NCBI RefSeq assembly: GCF_036365525.1
Contig: NC_090403.1
Location: forward strand, 26,359,461-26,423,460
Direction: 5' to 3'
Length of the DNA stretch: 64,000 bases
Source: Heterodontus francisci
Lineage: Eukaryota
Below are positions 23,052 to 34,989 of this stretch, in pieces. A model generated the notes under the pieces. That model had not been told where the DNA came from. It saw only the letters and a program-made list of their open reading frames with translations, and made no database searches. Positions within the stretch are counted from its first letter, which is position 1, and each line of letters begins with the position of its first letter. Both the position numbers and the translations under genes were made by a program.

Positions 23052-25660
23052 TCAGTTTCTTCTTCTGATTTTTGCTGTTATAACAAGGATCTGTTGTAAA
23101 CAGGCTCTGGTCTCAATGCGGATTATTTCCCAGGCACAGTCACTGAATATCTGAAGGAAGGAAATATTCGGGAAAATCCATTAGAGAATCAATAGATTTA
23201 AATGGGGTGAAATGAACTACATGCTAGTAATTACACAGAAAATACCAATTGTCCCACCTTCTGTTTGAGAAACTTTTCCAGTTTCCTGAAGTATTTGTGA
23301 ATGGCAGTCTTGCTCCTGGGCTTGGACTCTGATCTCAATTTCCAGACACATTCTTCCATCTCTCCGAGTTGCCGATCGAGGAGAAGACGAAAGTTTTCCA
23401 CCTTGTCTCGGGGCCATGTGACTGAGCCCAGGTTCATGCTGTAGATCTTGTTGATGTGTCGCAGGGTTTGATGGACAATCTGGATCCTGTCCTGGGCCTG
23501 TGCACAATAGACACAATAACATTAGAGGGGGTCTCATACCTTTCAGGTTTAAAGTAGTTATGGAAAGGAACAAGGAATAGGTCAACAGTAAATAAGCAAC
23601 GGGAGGCTTTAATAGTGAAGACATCTTGGATACAGACTGGTCTCATTCCTATGAAGCAGAAAGTAAGGACATGCAAAAATTCGCGCTCCGTGGATAGAGA
23701 GCTTAAATAGATAGTGAAAAGGAAGGCTTCTCATAAATATTAGGCTCATAATAACGTGGGGAACGAAGCTGAATATAGACAGTACAGAGGAGAACTATCA
23801 AAAAAATGAGGGGCAGAGTGCAGAGAAAATAGACTAGCTGCAAACATAAAAGGGAAGCTACAAATCTTTTATAAGCATGTAAAGGGAAAGAAGGGTTAGT
23901 AATTAGTGGCCGGAAAAGCAATTTTCTTCTGGAGCAGGGGGTACAGCTGAGGATCTAAATGATTAATTTGCACGTGTCTTCACTAAATAGGATGGTTCAA
24001 ATATCACAGTAAAGATGGGTGTTTGGCAGAGGTGGAGGTAGAAGAAAAATTGGATAGGGTGAAAATAGATACAGAGGAGGTAGTTAAAAGATTGATAGCA
24101 CTCTAAGTAGGAAAGTCATCCGGTCTGGATAGAATATGTCACAGGTTGCTGAGGAAAGTAAGTGCTGAAATAATGGAAGTTCTGGCCACAATTTTCCAGT
24201 CCTCCTTAGATGTGAGAGTGATGCCAAAGGACTGGAAGTTTTCTCCCTGTTCAAAAAAGAAAGAGGGTAAACTTGACAACCACAGGCCAGTTCGCCTATC
24301 ATGGGTGGCGGGAAGCTTGTAGACACTATTTTTCCAAGGTAAATTGAATTGTCACTTACCAAAATATGACTTAGTAAATGTCAACCAGTAAAAATTTGTT
24401 AAGGTAAAATCATGTTGCCTAACTTGATTGAGTTATTCGATCAAGTAGCAGAAAGGATTGCTGAGGGAGGTGTGGTGATTGTTGTGTATATAGATCTTCA
24501 AAATATCTGTATACGGATTTGCTGAATGGATGGTGAAAAAATTCAATAATAGGTTTGAAAGGGAAATTAAATAAATCGTTGAAGAGGAAAGATTTTCATG
24601 GCTATGGGAAATTGGGAGGGGAGTGGGAATAATTAGATAATTCATTCAAAGAGCCTGCACAAGCATGATGAGCCACATGGCCTCTTCTGTACCTTTCAAG
24701 GATTCTATGACTTAACCTGCCCTGATGGTGCAAACCACACAACCAATCACTGCAGCACAGGAGTGAGATGGTTAGAGGGAGGCAGATTGTTACATTGTGT
24801 AAGATGAATGGGTGAGTTTAGATAATTAGAGGAAGTGAGATGATGAGAAGCATGGTAATTTGACAAGATTCATGGTTAACATAGATGGAGGGTGTGAAAT
24901 GATTAAAAGAATGATTAGGGGACACTGGCGTACTGATAATGTTACTTGAATACTAATTCAGACGCCAGGAAAAAGCTCTGGGAACATGAGTCCAAATCCC
25001 ACCAGAGTGGCTGGTGGAAATTAAATTTAATTATTAAATCTGCTGTTAAAGGCTAATCTCATTTATGGTTACCATGAAACTAATGGATTGTCAATAAAAA
25101 CACATCTATTTCATGAATAAAAACAAGAAATGCTGGAACCAATCAACAGGTCTGGCAGCATCTTCAGACCCTTCTTCAGAACTTCGGTTCTCCAGGTTGA
25201 TGATCTTACTCATACTCTCAATAAAACTCCAGTTTGAATAAAATAAACCCAGTGTTCACTCACCTCGAATCCCTTCGAAAGTTTCATCAGGTTCAAGGGC
25301 TTGGTTTTCAGCGAGAGTCTCTGTTTTACACAGTGTCGAGGAAAGGGACCGCCCTGAGAGGAGATAACAATCACTGTTGCAATCAGCCCCAGAAACTGAA
25401 ATACGACAGAATCACTGACTATTAATTAGCAAAATTACAAACTGCAAACTATTTCTCCTGATATGGCTTTTCACAACAAACAAACCCTGTGTGGTCCGGT
25501 TATGGTTCTGAATGTGTTTTAAACTCACCATTTCATTCAGTTTGCTCAGAGTCTCTGTGTTGAGAACTTCTTGTAACTGCAACCTCTCACAGCCCAGACT
25601 CAGGGTCCCGGGCAACAAGACGAATACCATCCAAAATCTCCAAACACTGGGCAAAGCCAT
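23052..25660 (-). CDS. IFN: Type I interferon, copy C; 4 coding exons, 186 aa
   Basis: Exons 25660-25529, 25353-25264, 23497-23258 and 23150-23052; GT-AG phase-0 introns; intact frame with CAWE motif. Differs from copy B at L13F, Q31E, S78R, L121M and T166I. Confidence 0.95.
23650..24710 (+). mobile_element. Old degraded CR1 fragments in intron 2 of copy C
   Basis: Paralog of 12170-13230. Confidence 0.65.
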
Positions 25661-25747
25661 CCAAACCGACCCAGAGTAAAACACTGATCTGAAGGATGAG
25701 TAACCGACGGCTTCGTGGTTCAGCGCCCAAAACGCTTCTTGTTCACT

Positions 25748-26702
25748 GATTTAAACTCTGAACGTGGAATTGCAGCCGATTCTGATCCAGGAGCGACCGT
25801 CTGTGTTGCTGAATGGTGTGAGAGTGCGGCTGGATTCTGTTGGGAACTCTCACTGGCACTGCCATGCTGTCGGATTTAATGTGTGGCATTACATTCGAAA
25901 AGTGAAAATATTCTGCAGGATTTTTGGAGTTTGTGCTATTTCTTTCTGATGTAAGGAATCGAAAAGCTGGAGACTCCAGAGCCAGCGACTGGAAAATCCC
26001 CGGTAGAAAAACATTGAACCAGCTCTCGATTCCAGTTCAACGTTGTGTGGGTTCGGATCACCGGGGCATGAAGGGAGAGTCTGTATTGGGGGGAGTGTGA
26101 ACATGTATTGGGGGCTGTATTTTATAATCCGGGTTTAGAGAGACACTGACAGCGGTAATCCGGTGCCGCGGCTTTTAATGCTGACATTCGGCTCCAGAAA
26201 GAGCGATTCCCTTTTAAATCCACTCTCTCCCCGGTGTGCTCACATCGCGCTTTTCCTGTTCACACTTCGCAGGTTGGACATTGCAGAGATCCCGGGTCAC
26301 AGCCCAGGATCACCGCTTGATGCCGAATGTCTCCGCTCGGATTCACCTGTCGGAGAATCTGCTCTTTAAGTGGAAGAAGTTTGTCATTTCTGGACTCTTT
26401 TCTGCGGTCATTTTCAGAGTTTGTTTGAAAGAAAATTTAATCTGCTTCGACTCTGAGTCCCAAAGTAAATCGCTCCCTTTTCTTTCATCGTTTATTTCTT
26501 GTCTCCCCCCCGGGAAAGTGTCCGTGTCAGTTTCTCTATGGAAATGAACCTTGTGTCAATTACATCGAAAGTGAAAGTGTCTCAGGGAAAGTGACGAGTT
26601 TTGTCATTTCCGAAAGGGAGGAGAGTTTGTAAACAGAGCGGGTCACACTGAGAGGGCTGAGGGGGAGCTGCAACAGGGTTTGGGATATCCGGGATATCCC
26701 CG
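25748..26702 (-). promoter_or_regulatory. Upstream regulatory region of IFN copy C
   Basis: kB site 25991-26001; GAAAGTGAAAGTG 26567-26579; tandem GGGATATCC(CC) 26682-26701. Confidence 0.7.
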
Positions 26703-27159
26703 ATTACAAAGGGAATGTCACAAAATCAATCTCATCTGAAACTGTGATCAAAAACTTCCGCCCGGGTGGATGTGGGACTGAGATCCCACGAGCACCAGCT
26801 TTAGCCGGGAGAAAAACTGCAATTTAGAATAATGCTGATGGTAACAGGATAATGGTGAATAAAACTGTAGGAATTGTAAATAGTTTCGAATGGAGGCGGA
26901 AGGAGGGTTAGGGAATTTAAGGAGGAATGTTTAAAACACTGGTGGGTAACATAAAAGGAAGTAGCAAGGACTCTTAGCAGCACGGCCATTATAATCTTAC
27001 TCTGTACCTTTATCATTCTGCATAATTGGACAACATCTTGTCACCCCATTGGGGTAGAGATTCCGCTTTGTTGGAATTCATGGGGAGGGCAAATGGTTCA
27101 TCGAATTTTCGCCACTTTGTACCCCCACCTTCCCCGCCCAAAATTGCATCTGTATTAAT

Positions 27160-27300
27160 AACATAAGAACATACGAAATAGGAGCAGGAGTAGGCCATTC
27201 AGCCCCTCAAGCTTGCCCTGCCATTCAGTAAGATCATGGCTGCTCTGTCCCAGGCCTCGACTCCTTTTTCGTGCCTGCTCCGCCAAATCCTTGACTCCCG
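27160..27300 (-). mobile_element. CR1 3'-tail fragment
   Basis: acataagaacata..aaataggagcaggagtaggccattcagccc, a typical reverse-oriented CR1 3' end. Confidence 0.7.
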
Positions 27301-27449
27301 AAAGTTTTGGAAAGTTTTTGTTGCGTTTCTGCTCAAACTCATTTGCCAGTCACCAAACGCAAAATCTGCCATGAACCAGCATTGTCATTTTTAAAAATTG
27401 CTTTAAATATTCTTTTATACATTTTATACACTGATGCAGTTTTTTAAAA

Positions 27450-28220
27450 TTCATTCATGGGATGTGGGCCTTGCTGGCCAGGCCAGCATTTATTGCCCAT
27501 CCCTAATTGCCCTTGAGAAGGTGGTGGTGAGCTGCCTTCTTGAACCACTGCAGTCCATGTGGGGTGGGTACATCCACAGTGCTGTTAGGAAGGGAATTCC
27601 AGGATTTTGACCTAACGACAGTGAAGGAACGGCGATATAGTTCCAAGTCAGGATGGTGTGTGACTTGGAGGGGAACTTGCAGTAGGTGGTGTTCTCATGC
27701 ATCTGCTGCCCTTGTCCTTCTAGTTGGTAGAGGTCGCAGGTTTGGAAGGTGCTGTCTAAGGAGCCTTGGTGCATTGCTGCAGTGCATCTTATAGATGGTA
27801 CACACTGCTGTCACTGTGCGTCGGTGGTGGAGGGAGTGAATGTTTGCGGATGGGATGCCAATCAAGTGGGCTGCTTTGTCCTGGATGGTGTCAAGCTTCT
27901 TGAGTGTTGTTGGAGCTGCACCCATCCAGGCAAGTGGAGAGCATTCCATCACACTCCTGACTTGTGCCTTGTAGATGGTGGACAGACTTTGAGGAGTCAG
28001 GAGATGAGTTACTTGCTGCAGGATTCCTAGCCTCTGACCTGCTCTTGTAGCCACAGTATTTATATGGCTACTCCAGTTCAGTTTCTGGTCGATGGTAACC
28101 CCTAGGATGTTGATAGTGGGGGATTCAACGATGGGAATGCCATTGAATATCAAGGGGAGATGGTTAGATTCTCTCTTTTTTGAGATGGTCATTGCCTGGC
28201 ACTTGTGTGGCATGAATGTT
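27450..28220 (-). mobile_element. CR1/L2-group LINE 3' fragment
   Basis: ORF 28213-27695 (KCQAMTIS...ILGVTIDQKLNW...IYKAQVRSVME); same family as the intronic LINEs. Confidence 0.88.
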
Positions 28221-28544
28221 ACCGTTTGATTAATACAGCAGAAAATGGGTTATCACAAAAAGTGAGTAACCCGCTTTTAAATTACTGAAAATGTATTTAA
28301 AAATATACTGGCCCATTTGCTAGTTATGTTAAGGTACAATCGTCATTTTCTTGGTAAATTAAGAAGTGATACTGCAAACCTTCTAACTTATGCCTGTTAG
28401 TGCCCTTGTACCCAAAAGACCAGTTTAGTTTTTGGAGCCTCCTCAAAAGTCTGCAAACAATCACAATGATGATTCATTCATCATGGAGATGAGGCCAGTT
28501 TTGCGGGTGGGGCCAGCTTCAATTTTTTTTTAAGGATTCCATTC

Positions 28545-28905
28545 ATATGGCGTTGTTATGACCACAGTATGTCTCAACATGCTTTACAGCCAGTGAACAA
28601 CTTTTGAAGTGTAGTCGCTGTTGTAATGTAGGGAACATGGTGGCCAATTTGCACACAGCAAACTCCCACAAATGGCAATGTGATAATGACCAGATAATCT
28701 GTTTTTGTAATGTTGATTGTGGGATAATTATTGGCCAGGACGCTGGAGATAACCCACCTTCTATCCTTCCAAATAATGCAATGGAATCTTTTATGTCAAC
28801 CTGACAGGGCAGGTTCACATCTCATCTGAAAAATGGCAACTCTAACATTCCCTCAGTGAGGCTCAAATCCTGACTCAGAGGCACCAGCTGAACCACTGCT
28901 GACAA
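28545..28905 (-). mobile_element. DeuSINE (SacSINE1/AmnSINE-like)
   Basis: Reverse complement contains TTTGTGGGAGTTTGCTGTGTGCAAATTGGC...CCTACATTACAACAGCGACTACACTTCAAAAG...TGGCTGTAAAGC, recognised from memory as the DeuSINE 3' part. Confidence 0.7.
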
Positions 28906-29087
28906 AACTAGCACAAAAGAGAGTGGAAACTTGATTTGAACTGCATGTAATTGGCACTTAACATTTTGCAATCTTTTGTGCTGATTTCACTGATTTTGGG
29001 CAGATTGCACTGAAAAACCAGCACAACTAAGCAGAGTTTCATGTTTGCCTTTTGGCAATTATACATTTCTTTGCTGACATTTATTAT

Positions 29088-29296
29088 TACATAGAAACAT
29101 AGAAAATAGGAGCAGGAGTAGGCCATGCGGCCCTTCAAGCCTGCTCCGCCATTCAAAAAAGATCATTGCTGCTCGTCTAATTCAGTACTCTGTTCCTGCT
29201 TTCTCCCCATATCCCTTGATCCCTTTGGCATTAAGAAATAAATCTATCACCTTCTTGAATGTATTTAATGACTTGGCCTCCAATGCCTTCTTGCAG
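29088..29296 (-). mobile_element. CR1 3'-tail fragment
   Basis: catagaaacatagaaaataggagcaggagtaggcc... tail microsatellite. Confidence 0.7.
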
Positions 29297-30062
29297 GTGT
29301 GAGTTTGACAGTCTGATTGCACAAACCAGTCATGTACTTCAGATGAAAAGAGGTAGAGGTTATGACATTACTGAGTGGATGGAGCACTGAGGAATGAATA
29401 GTGGGAAGATGGAATGGTGGGGGATGCAAAGGGTTTAAAATGAGGAAAAACTGACCCATTTATCCTTTGCAGGGAAGATGGTAGGAGATTAACAAATATC
29501 TTAGGCCACAAACCTTACTGTCTTTGGTTAACATTTTTTGTCATGCTGTTTGTCAGCATTTATCATTGTAAATTGCTGTGTCAACCTTTGCAATCCAATC
29601 TTGATAAGGCAAGTGTCATGACGTAAGTGCAGTCTCTGACCATGAGCTTGCTGTTTCCGTGTCTTGACACTCTTTCCTTCAGAGAATAGTGAAAAGCAGT
29701 GGAAGGATTTGCAGGATGATGAACAGTCTGACAGATGGCCATAACCATCCTTCAACCAATTGATCGGGTGATCAGTCCCATACAATAGGAGTATTTTATG
29801 GGCTCCCACAACCCATATGGCGTGTGGGAAATCCACTGGATGCATGTATCCAAATGGATTTTAACCCAGAATTCAGAGCTGGAACTTTCATCTCCCACTG
29901 AGACAGTCTGGAACATAATTCAAACACTCCACCTTCTGACTTGGAGGCTGGAATGATAATACTAAGCCAAAGGTTCACTCCAGGTCCTCATGTGATCCTG
30001 CAGAATGAGTATCCGACATTTTTCCCACTTGCATATAAACAAATGCATATTGTTATGACCAA

Positions 30063-30408
30063 GGCGGGAATAATGCATTGTTAGCACCGCAGCTTCACAG
30101 CTCCAGTGACCCGGGTTCAATTCTGGGTACTGCCTGTGTGGAGTTTGCAAGTTCTCCCTGTGTCTGCGTGGGTTTCCTCCGGATGCTCCGGTTTCCTCCC
30201 ACATGCCAAAGACTTGCTGGTTGATAGGTTAATTGGCCATTATAAATTGCCCCTAGTATAGGTAGGTGGTAGGGAAATATAGGGACAGGTGGGGATGTGG
30301 TAGGAATATGGAATTAGTATAGGATTAGTATAAATGGGTGGTTGATGGTCGGCACAGACTTGGTGGGCCGAAGGGCCTGTTTCAGTGCTGTATCTCTAAA
30401 AAAAAAAA
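30063..30408 (+). mobile_element. HE1-type V-SINE (tRNA-derived)
   Basis: B box GGGTTCAATTC ~30113; V-domain TGTGTGGAGTTTGCAAGTTCTCCCTGTGTCTGCGTGGGTTTCCTCCGGATGCTCCGGTTTCCTCCCAC; CR1-like tail GGGCCGAAGGGCCTGTTTC; A-rich end. Confidence 0.88.
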
Positions 30409-31924
30409 TTCAGTCCTACTCCACAGGTCATAGCATATTAGTAAAGTTTCCCACCTACCAGAAAATAGCCACATTAATTATTTTGTTTGTTCCCCAGAAT
30501 AAAGCACAGCAAACTAGGTTTCTTTAAATAACAACAAAATTAACTATTTATTAATAAACAAAGTCTTAAACAATAATGAGATAACTCTATTTCTGAAAGG
30601 ATTCTTTTCAAACTTCTTATTTTTCCTAACCCTCATGCACACACGCATACATTCAAAAAGAAAACAGGAGAAAAGGATGTTTAAGTTTACATCTGTTTCA
30701 TAGGAATAATAAAATAACTGGGTTGTAACATTCTGGTAGGATATTTCCGAAGTCTCTCCAGGTAAGGTTGATGAACATTCTGTGATGGGTAGGCTTACAA
30801 AGCAATTTGTCTGCAGCAGGCATTACACAGATCTTTTAGCAAAGGGTGTAGCAACAGGTCTACTTAGGTTTTGAAATAGCAATCTAGTAATAGAAGCTTC
30901 CTTGAGAATTCAGAATCTCTGAAAACATAAGAGACCACAGGAATCACTCCTGAGGCAGAGATTTTTCAGAGACTGGAGGCCATAGGAATTGTCTGCATTT
31001 TAAAATGCAGGGCTTCCTCTCAGCAAAGACGCCTTTCTCCACAGAGAGCAGCAACTCCTCTTTTCCTGGGTCTTTTCCTCTCCAGGGGTCTTTTTCTCTT
31101 TCCAGGCAGACCACAGCCATCACATCAAATGTAGAAGTTCTTTTTACAAGACAGGCAAGCCTTCTTTTCTCAGGGAGAGGTCGTTTCCAATGGTCTGCAA
31201 AAACACAGGTCCCAGCCAGTTTGTTCTGTCTCCTTCCTGTCCAGCACTGGTCTTTCACAAAGCAAAAGTGAAACTGAACTTTAACAATACATCATGTGAC
31301 CTGTCATTTTCCTTGCTGTTGTTTGGAACAGGTATCTTGCAGTCTGTCCCACTCAGCTCAAACACCAAGTTTCAGCATTCAATCTTCACAGAAAATCCTT
31401 TTACTCAGTCTTTTAAAAACACACAGAACTCCAAACTTTTAAATAAAAAAAACAAAACACTTGTGACAATATTCATCAAGTAACTGTGGGGAAAGGCAGG
31501 GTAAATGTGTTAATAAGAACTAAGAAGATAATAAATGAAGGGCTTATAGATGAATGAGGACACGTTGTTCTTGAGTTTGAATTATCAGTAAAGGTCCATA
31601 ATCAGTATCATGCCTCAGTTGTGACCGAAGAAGGTGAAAATGAAACATGAGGGGGCTGTAGAATAGAACTAGTGAGATAAATACACAAAGCAAGGATGAA
31701 GTGAGTAACAGTGGACCAAAGGGGAAGGGCAGATAAAAACAAGTATATGCGAATGAAAGTAGAAAATGCACCAGGCGCATATCATATACAATCAAAGAAA
31801 GGACAAACCATAACTTTCTAACCAACAACTTCCACTCCATCATCTTCCATCCTGATTTTAAGTCCCCCACCACCCCTCACCTCCACGCCTGTTCAAAATG
31901 GCCCTGTTAAATTCCAGCTCCAGA

Positions 31925-32250
31925 TCATAGCCCAGGGTCACCAGTTAATGCCGACTGTCTCTGCTCGGATTCACCTGTCGGCAAATCTGGTCTTTAAGCA
32001 GAAGAAGTTCGTCATTTCTCAATTAATTTTTCTGCCACAACGTAATATGTGGTTGAGGTTATTTTATAAAGAATATTTAATATCCTCCAATACCCGAGCC
32101 CATTGTTCGTCTCTGATGCTGGTTTCTCCAGGTCGACCATCACCCTAGGGAACATTTCCTTGTCAATTCCAGAGTGAAACTGATCCTTGTGTCAATTTTA
32201 CTGAAAATGAAAGTGTCTCTGGCTCTTGTGATCACTTAGGGAAAGTGACA
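31925..32250 (-). pseudogene. Diverged relic of the IFN upstream regulatory region with no coding exons
   Basis: agcccagggtcacc...gctcggattcacctgtcgg matches 3142-3195; ccttgtgtcaatt...gaaagtgtctc...gggaaagtgac matches 3391-3437. Confidence 0.7.
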
Positions 32251-32399
32251 CAATTTTCCTTTTCCATTTTTCCCAGAAAAGTGAAGGGTGTCTTATGAAC
32301 AGAATGAGCATTGCTGCTGCAAGTGAGCACAGGTGAGCTGGAAAAAGGACAGGATAATTGGATACTTCCATGGTATGTTACCCAGAGCATGTTTTTTTA

Positions 32400-33240
32400 A
32401 ACTTTCATGGAATGTTAGTGTCACTGGCAAGGCCAGCATTTGTTGCCCACCCATGGTTGCTCTTGACAAGGTGGTGGTGAGCTGCCTTCTTGAAACACTA
32501 CAGTCCATCTGGTGTAAGTGCACCCACAGTGCTGTTAGGGAGGGAGTTTCAGGTTTTTGACCCAGTGACAATGAAGGAACGGCGATATAGTTCCAAATCA
32601 GGATGGTGTGTGGCTTGGAGGGGAACTTGCAAGTGGTGGTGTTACCATGCATTTGCTGCTCGTCCTTCTAGGTAGAAGAGGTCGCGGGTTTGGAAAGTTC
32701 TGTCGAAGGAGGCTTGCAGAGTTGCTGCAGTATACCTTTTATATGGTACACACTGCTGCCACTGTATGCCTGTGGTGGAGGGAGTGAATGTTGAAGGTGA
32801 AGATGGGGTGACGATCAAGCAGGCTACTTTGTCCTGGATGGTGCCGAGCTTCTTGAGTGTTATTGGAGCTGCACGCATCCAGGAAAATGGAGATTATTCC
32901 ATCACACCCCTGACTTGTGCCTTGTAGGTGCTAGATAGGCTTTGGGGAGTAAGGAAGTGAGTTACTCGTCGCAGAGTTCCCAGCGTCTGATCTGTTCTTG
33001 TAGCCACAGTATTTATATTGTTAGGCCTGAACTGGTAATGGAGGAGTCTAAGACTTGGCTGTGAGGTATGATTCAGTGAGTATGACTATGTCAGGCTGTT
33101 GCTTGACCAGTCTACGGGACAGCTCTCCCAATTCTGGCACAAGTCCCCAGATGTTAGTAAGGAGGGCTTTGCAATATCGACTGGGTAGGATCTGCTGTTG
33201 TCATTGTCATTTCTGGTGCCTAGATCGATGCAGGGTGGCC
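32400..33240 (-). mobile_element. CR1/L2-group LINE fragments
   Basis: Same family 3' end (aaggtggtggtgagctgccttcttgaa). Confidence 0.8.
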
Positions 33241-34989
33241 TGCCCAATTTTGTTCTGTCACAAAATTACCATTAGCTCCAAGTAAGCAAAAAGTGTGGGC
33301 ATCAAAATTCAGTCGATCGATGGGCAACAGAGCGGGAATGAACTTTAGAAAGAAATGTAAGGGACGTAGAACAGACAAAAACAATGAAAATGGTGATCAT
33401 CGTAATGGGACATATGCTGTGAGTTGCCTACACTTCCCCAGGTAGTAAAGCCCTGCTGACTTGTATTAAGTATTGGGGAGGGGCAACTTCAGTCAAGCAT
33501 TTCCACACAGGGAACAGCTGGAGTGAATGCAAGGGAGAGAAATTCATACTGGGCCATTTTGAACTCCTTCCAGTGTTCAATCACACAAGGTCAGAGACAA
33601 TGGCCTCAAATTAGGTTATTTGGGAATCCACTGAATCAGAAGTATGTGACTTAAGGGAAACCGGACCAAAGGGGACAGCAGGAAAATTAAATAACCTTAA
33701 AATATTGAAATGACTTTCAAAAATGCTTCAAACGTTAATTAATCCTGTCCAAATTGTTGTAAATGTGAGCTTGTATTGTAAAGCAAGATACTGCAATGGT
33801 TCTCTGCACTGCTAAGTTATAAACATCAACAGCTATTGTAAATCATATGTAACAAATAAATATAATATAGATGTTTACAATAAAATTGTAGATTAATGTT
33901 TACATATTATAAGAAGCTGAAGCAGGCCCAGGACCAATGGTCAATTAGACATACAGACTATAGCTTAAAACAAGTGATCTTTATTCAGCCATGGCAGTTG
34001 TGTTTTTAAGTGCAATGATGAATGAGACAGTAACAGGAATTACTTTCCAACCTATATTTCTCATTCTCAGTTCCTTCTTCTCCAAACTCCTCCACTCAAC
34101 TGAACTATTTTCCCATTTCCCTGTCTATTATCCTTCTAGGCCAGGAGTTGTTCCCATTAAAGGCAATTAAAGTCAAACATTTCTTAAAGCTGTACAACCT
34201 TGCTTTGGTCATTCTTAAAATTGTCCTCCTATCATGAATGCAGAACTCTCAAATGCCTACAGTTCACATATGGTCCCACTCTGTGTATGATGAACTGTGC
34301 ATGAGGTCTCAAAATCCAACCCATTAACTACTGGCAAGAGTCTTGTGCAGCATAAATGGCATCATTCAGTACTGGCATAGACCTCCGGGTGTTGCAAAGG
34401 TTGTTTTATCTGTGGTAGAATCTGTTAAGGGTAAATGTATGGTAATGCTAAATGCAGTGAGTGGTTAGGATCTGGAATGCATTGCCTGAGAGTGTGGTGG
34501 AGGCAGATTCAATGGAGGCTTTCAAAAGAGAACTGGATAATCATCTGAAAAGAAAAAAATTGCAGGACAATGGGGAAAAGGCAGGGGACTGGGAGTAGGT
34601 CAGTTGCACTTGCAGAGAACTGGCATGGACATGACAGGCAGAATGGCCTCCTTCTATGCTGTAATCATTCTGTGATTCTATGGTATCTGCCAATACCCTT
34701 TGGTAGACAATAAGTTAGCATTTCCCAGATGTTCAATTAGCTTGTCTACCTGTGTTTAAATTTCTAAAATCATTACAGTATCTCTATGCCCCATCGGGTT
34801 ATAGTAACAAAACTATCGGGTTTGACCATTCACTGTGAGATCCATCTATTACTCCTAGGTCTAGCATTGTCCGGACTTTTTGGGTGACCTCCTGTCACTT
34901 TACCTTGGGGATCCAGTATGGTTTCACTGAGACCGTTATCCCCAGAGGCATCATAATATCATGTTCAATAACATGAGTTTTTCCGAATC

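Larger units (their letters stand above)
1..27095. repeat. Tandem segmental duplication of the IFN unit (about 11.5 kb core unit, three copies)
   Basis: 1-4258 matches ~15009-19265 (offset ~15007). 10722-13638 matches ~22200-25114 (offset ~11476). 17044-18960 matches 25193-27095. Offsets differ because of copy-specific insertions and deletions. Confidence 0.95.

Noticed and set aside
11576-25660. Positive selection between IFN copies B and C
   Set aside because: A hand count gives about 5 nonsynonymous and 5 synonymous differences, so there is no nonsynonymous excess and the numbers are too small to test.
30410-31480. Possible additional solo LTR
   Set aside because: Only one plausible terminus (gtgaca) and no TSD could be identified.
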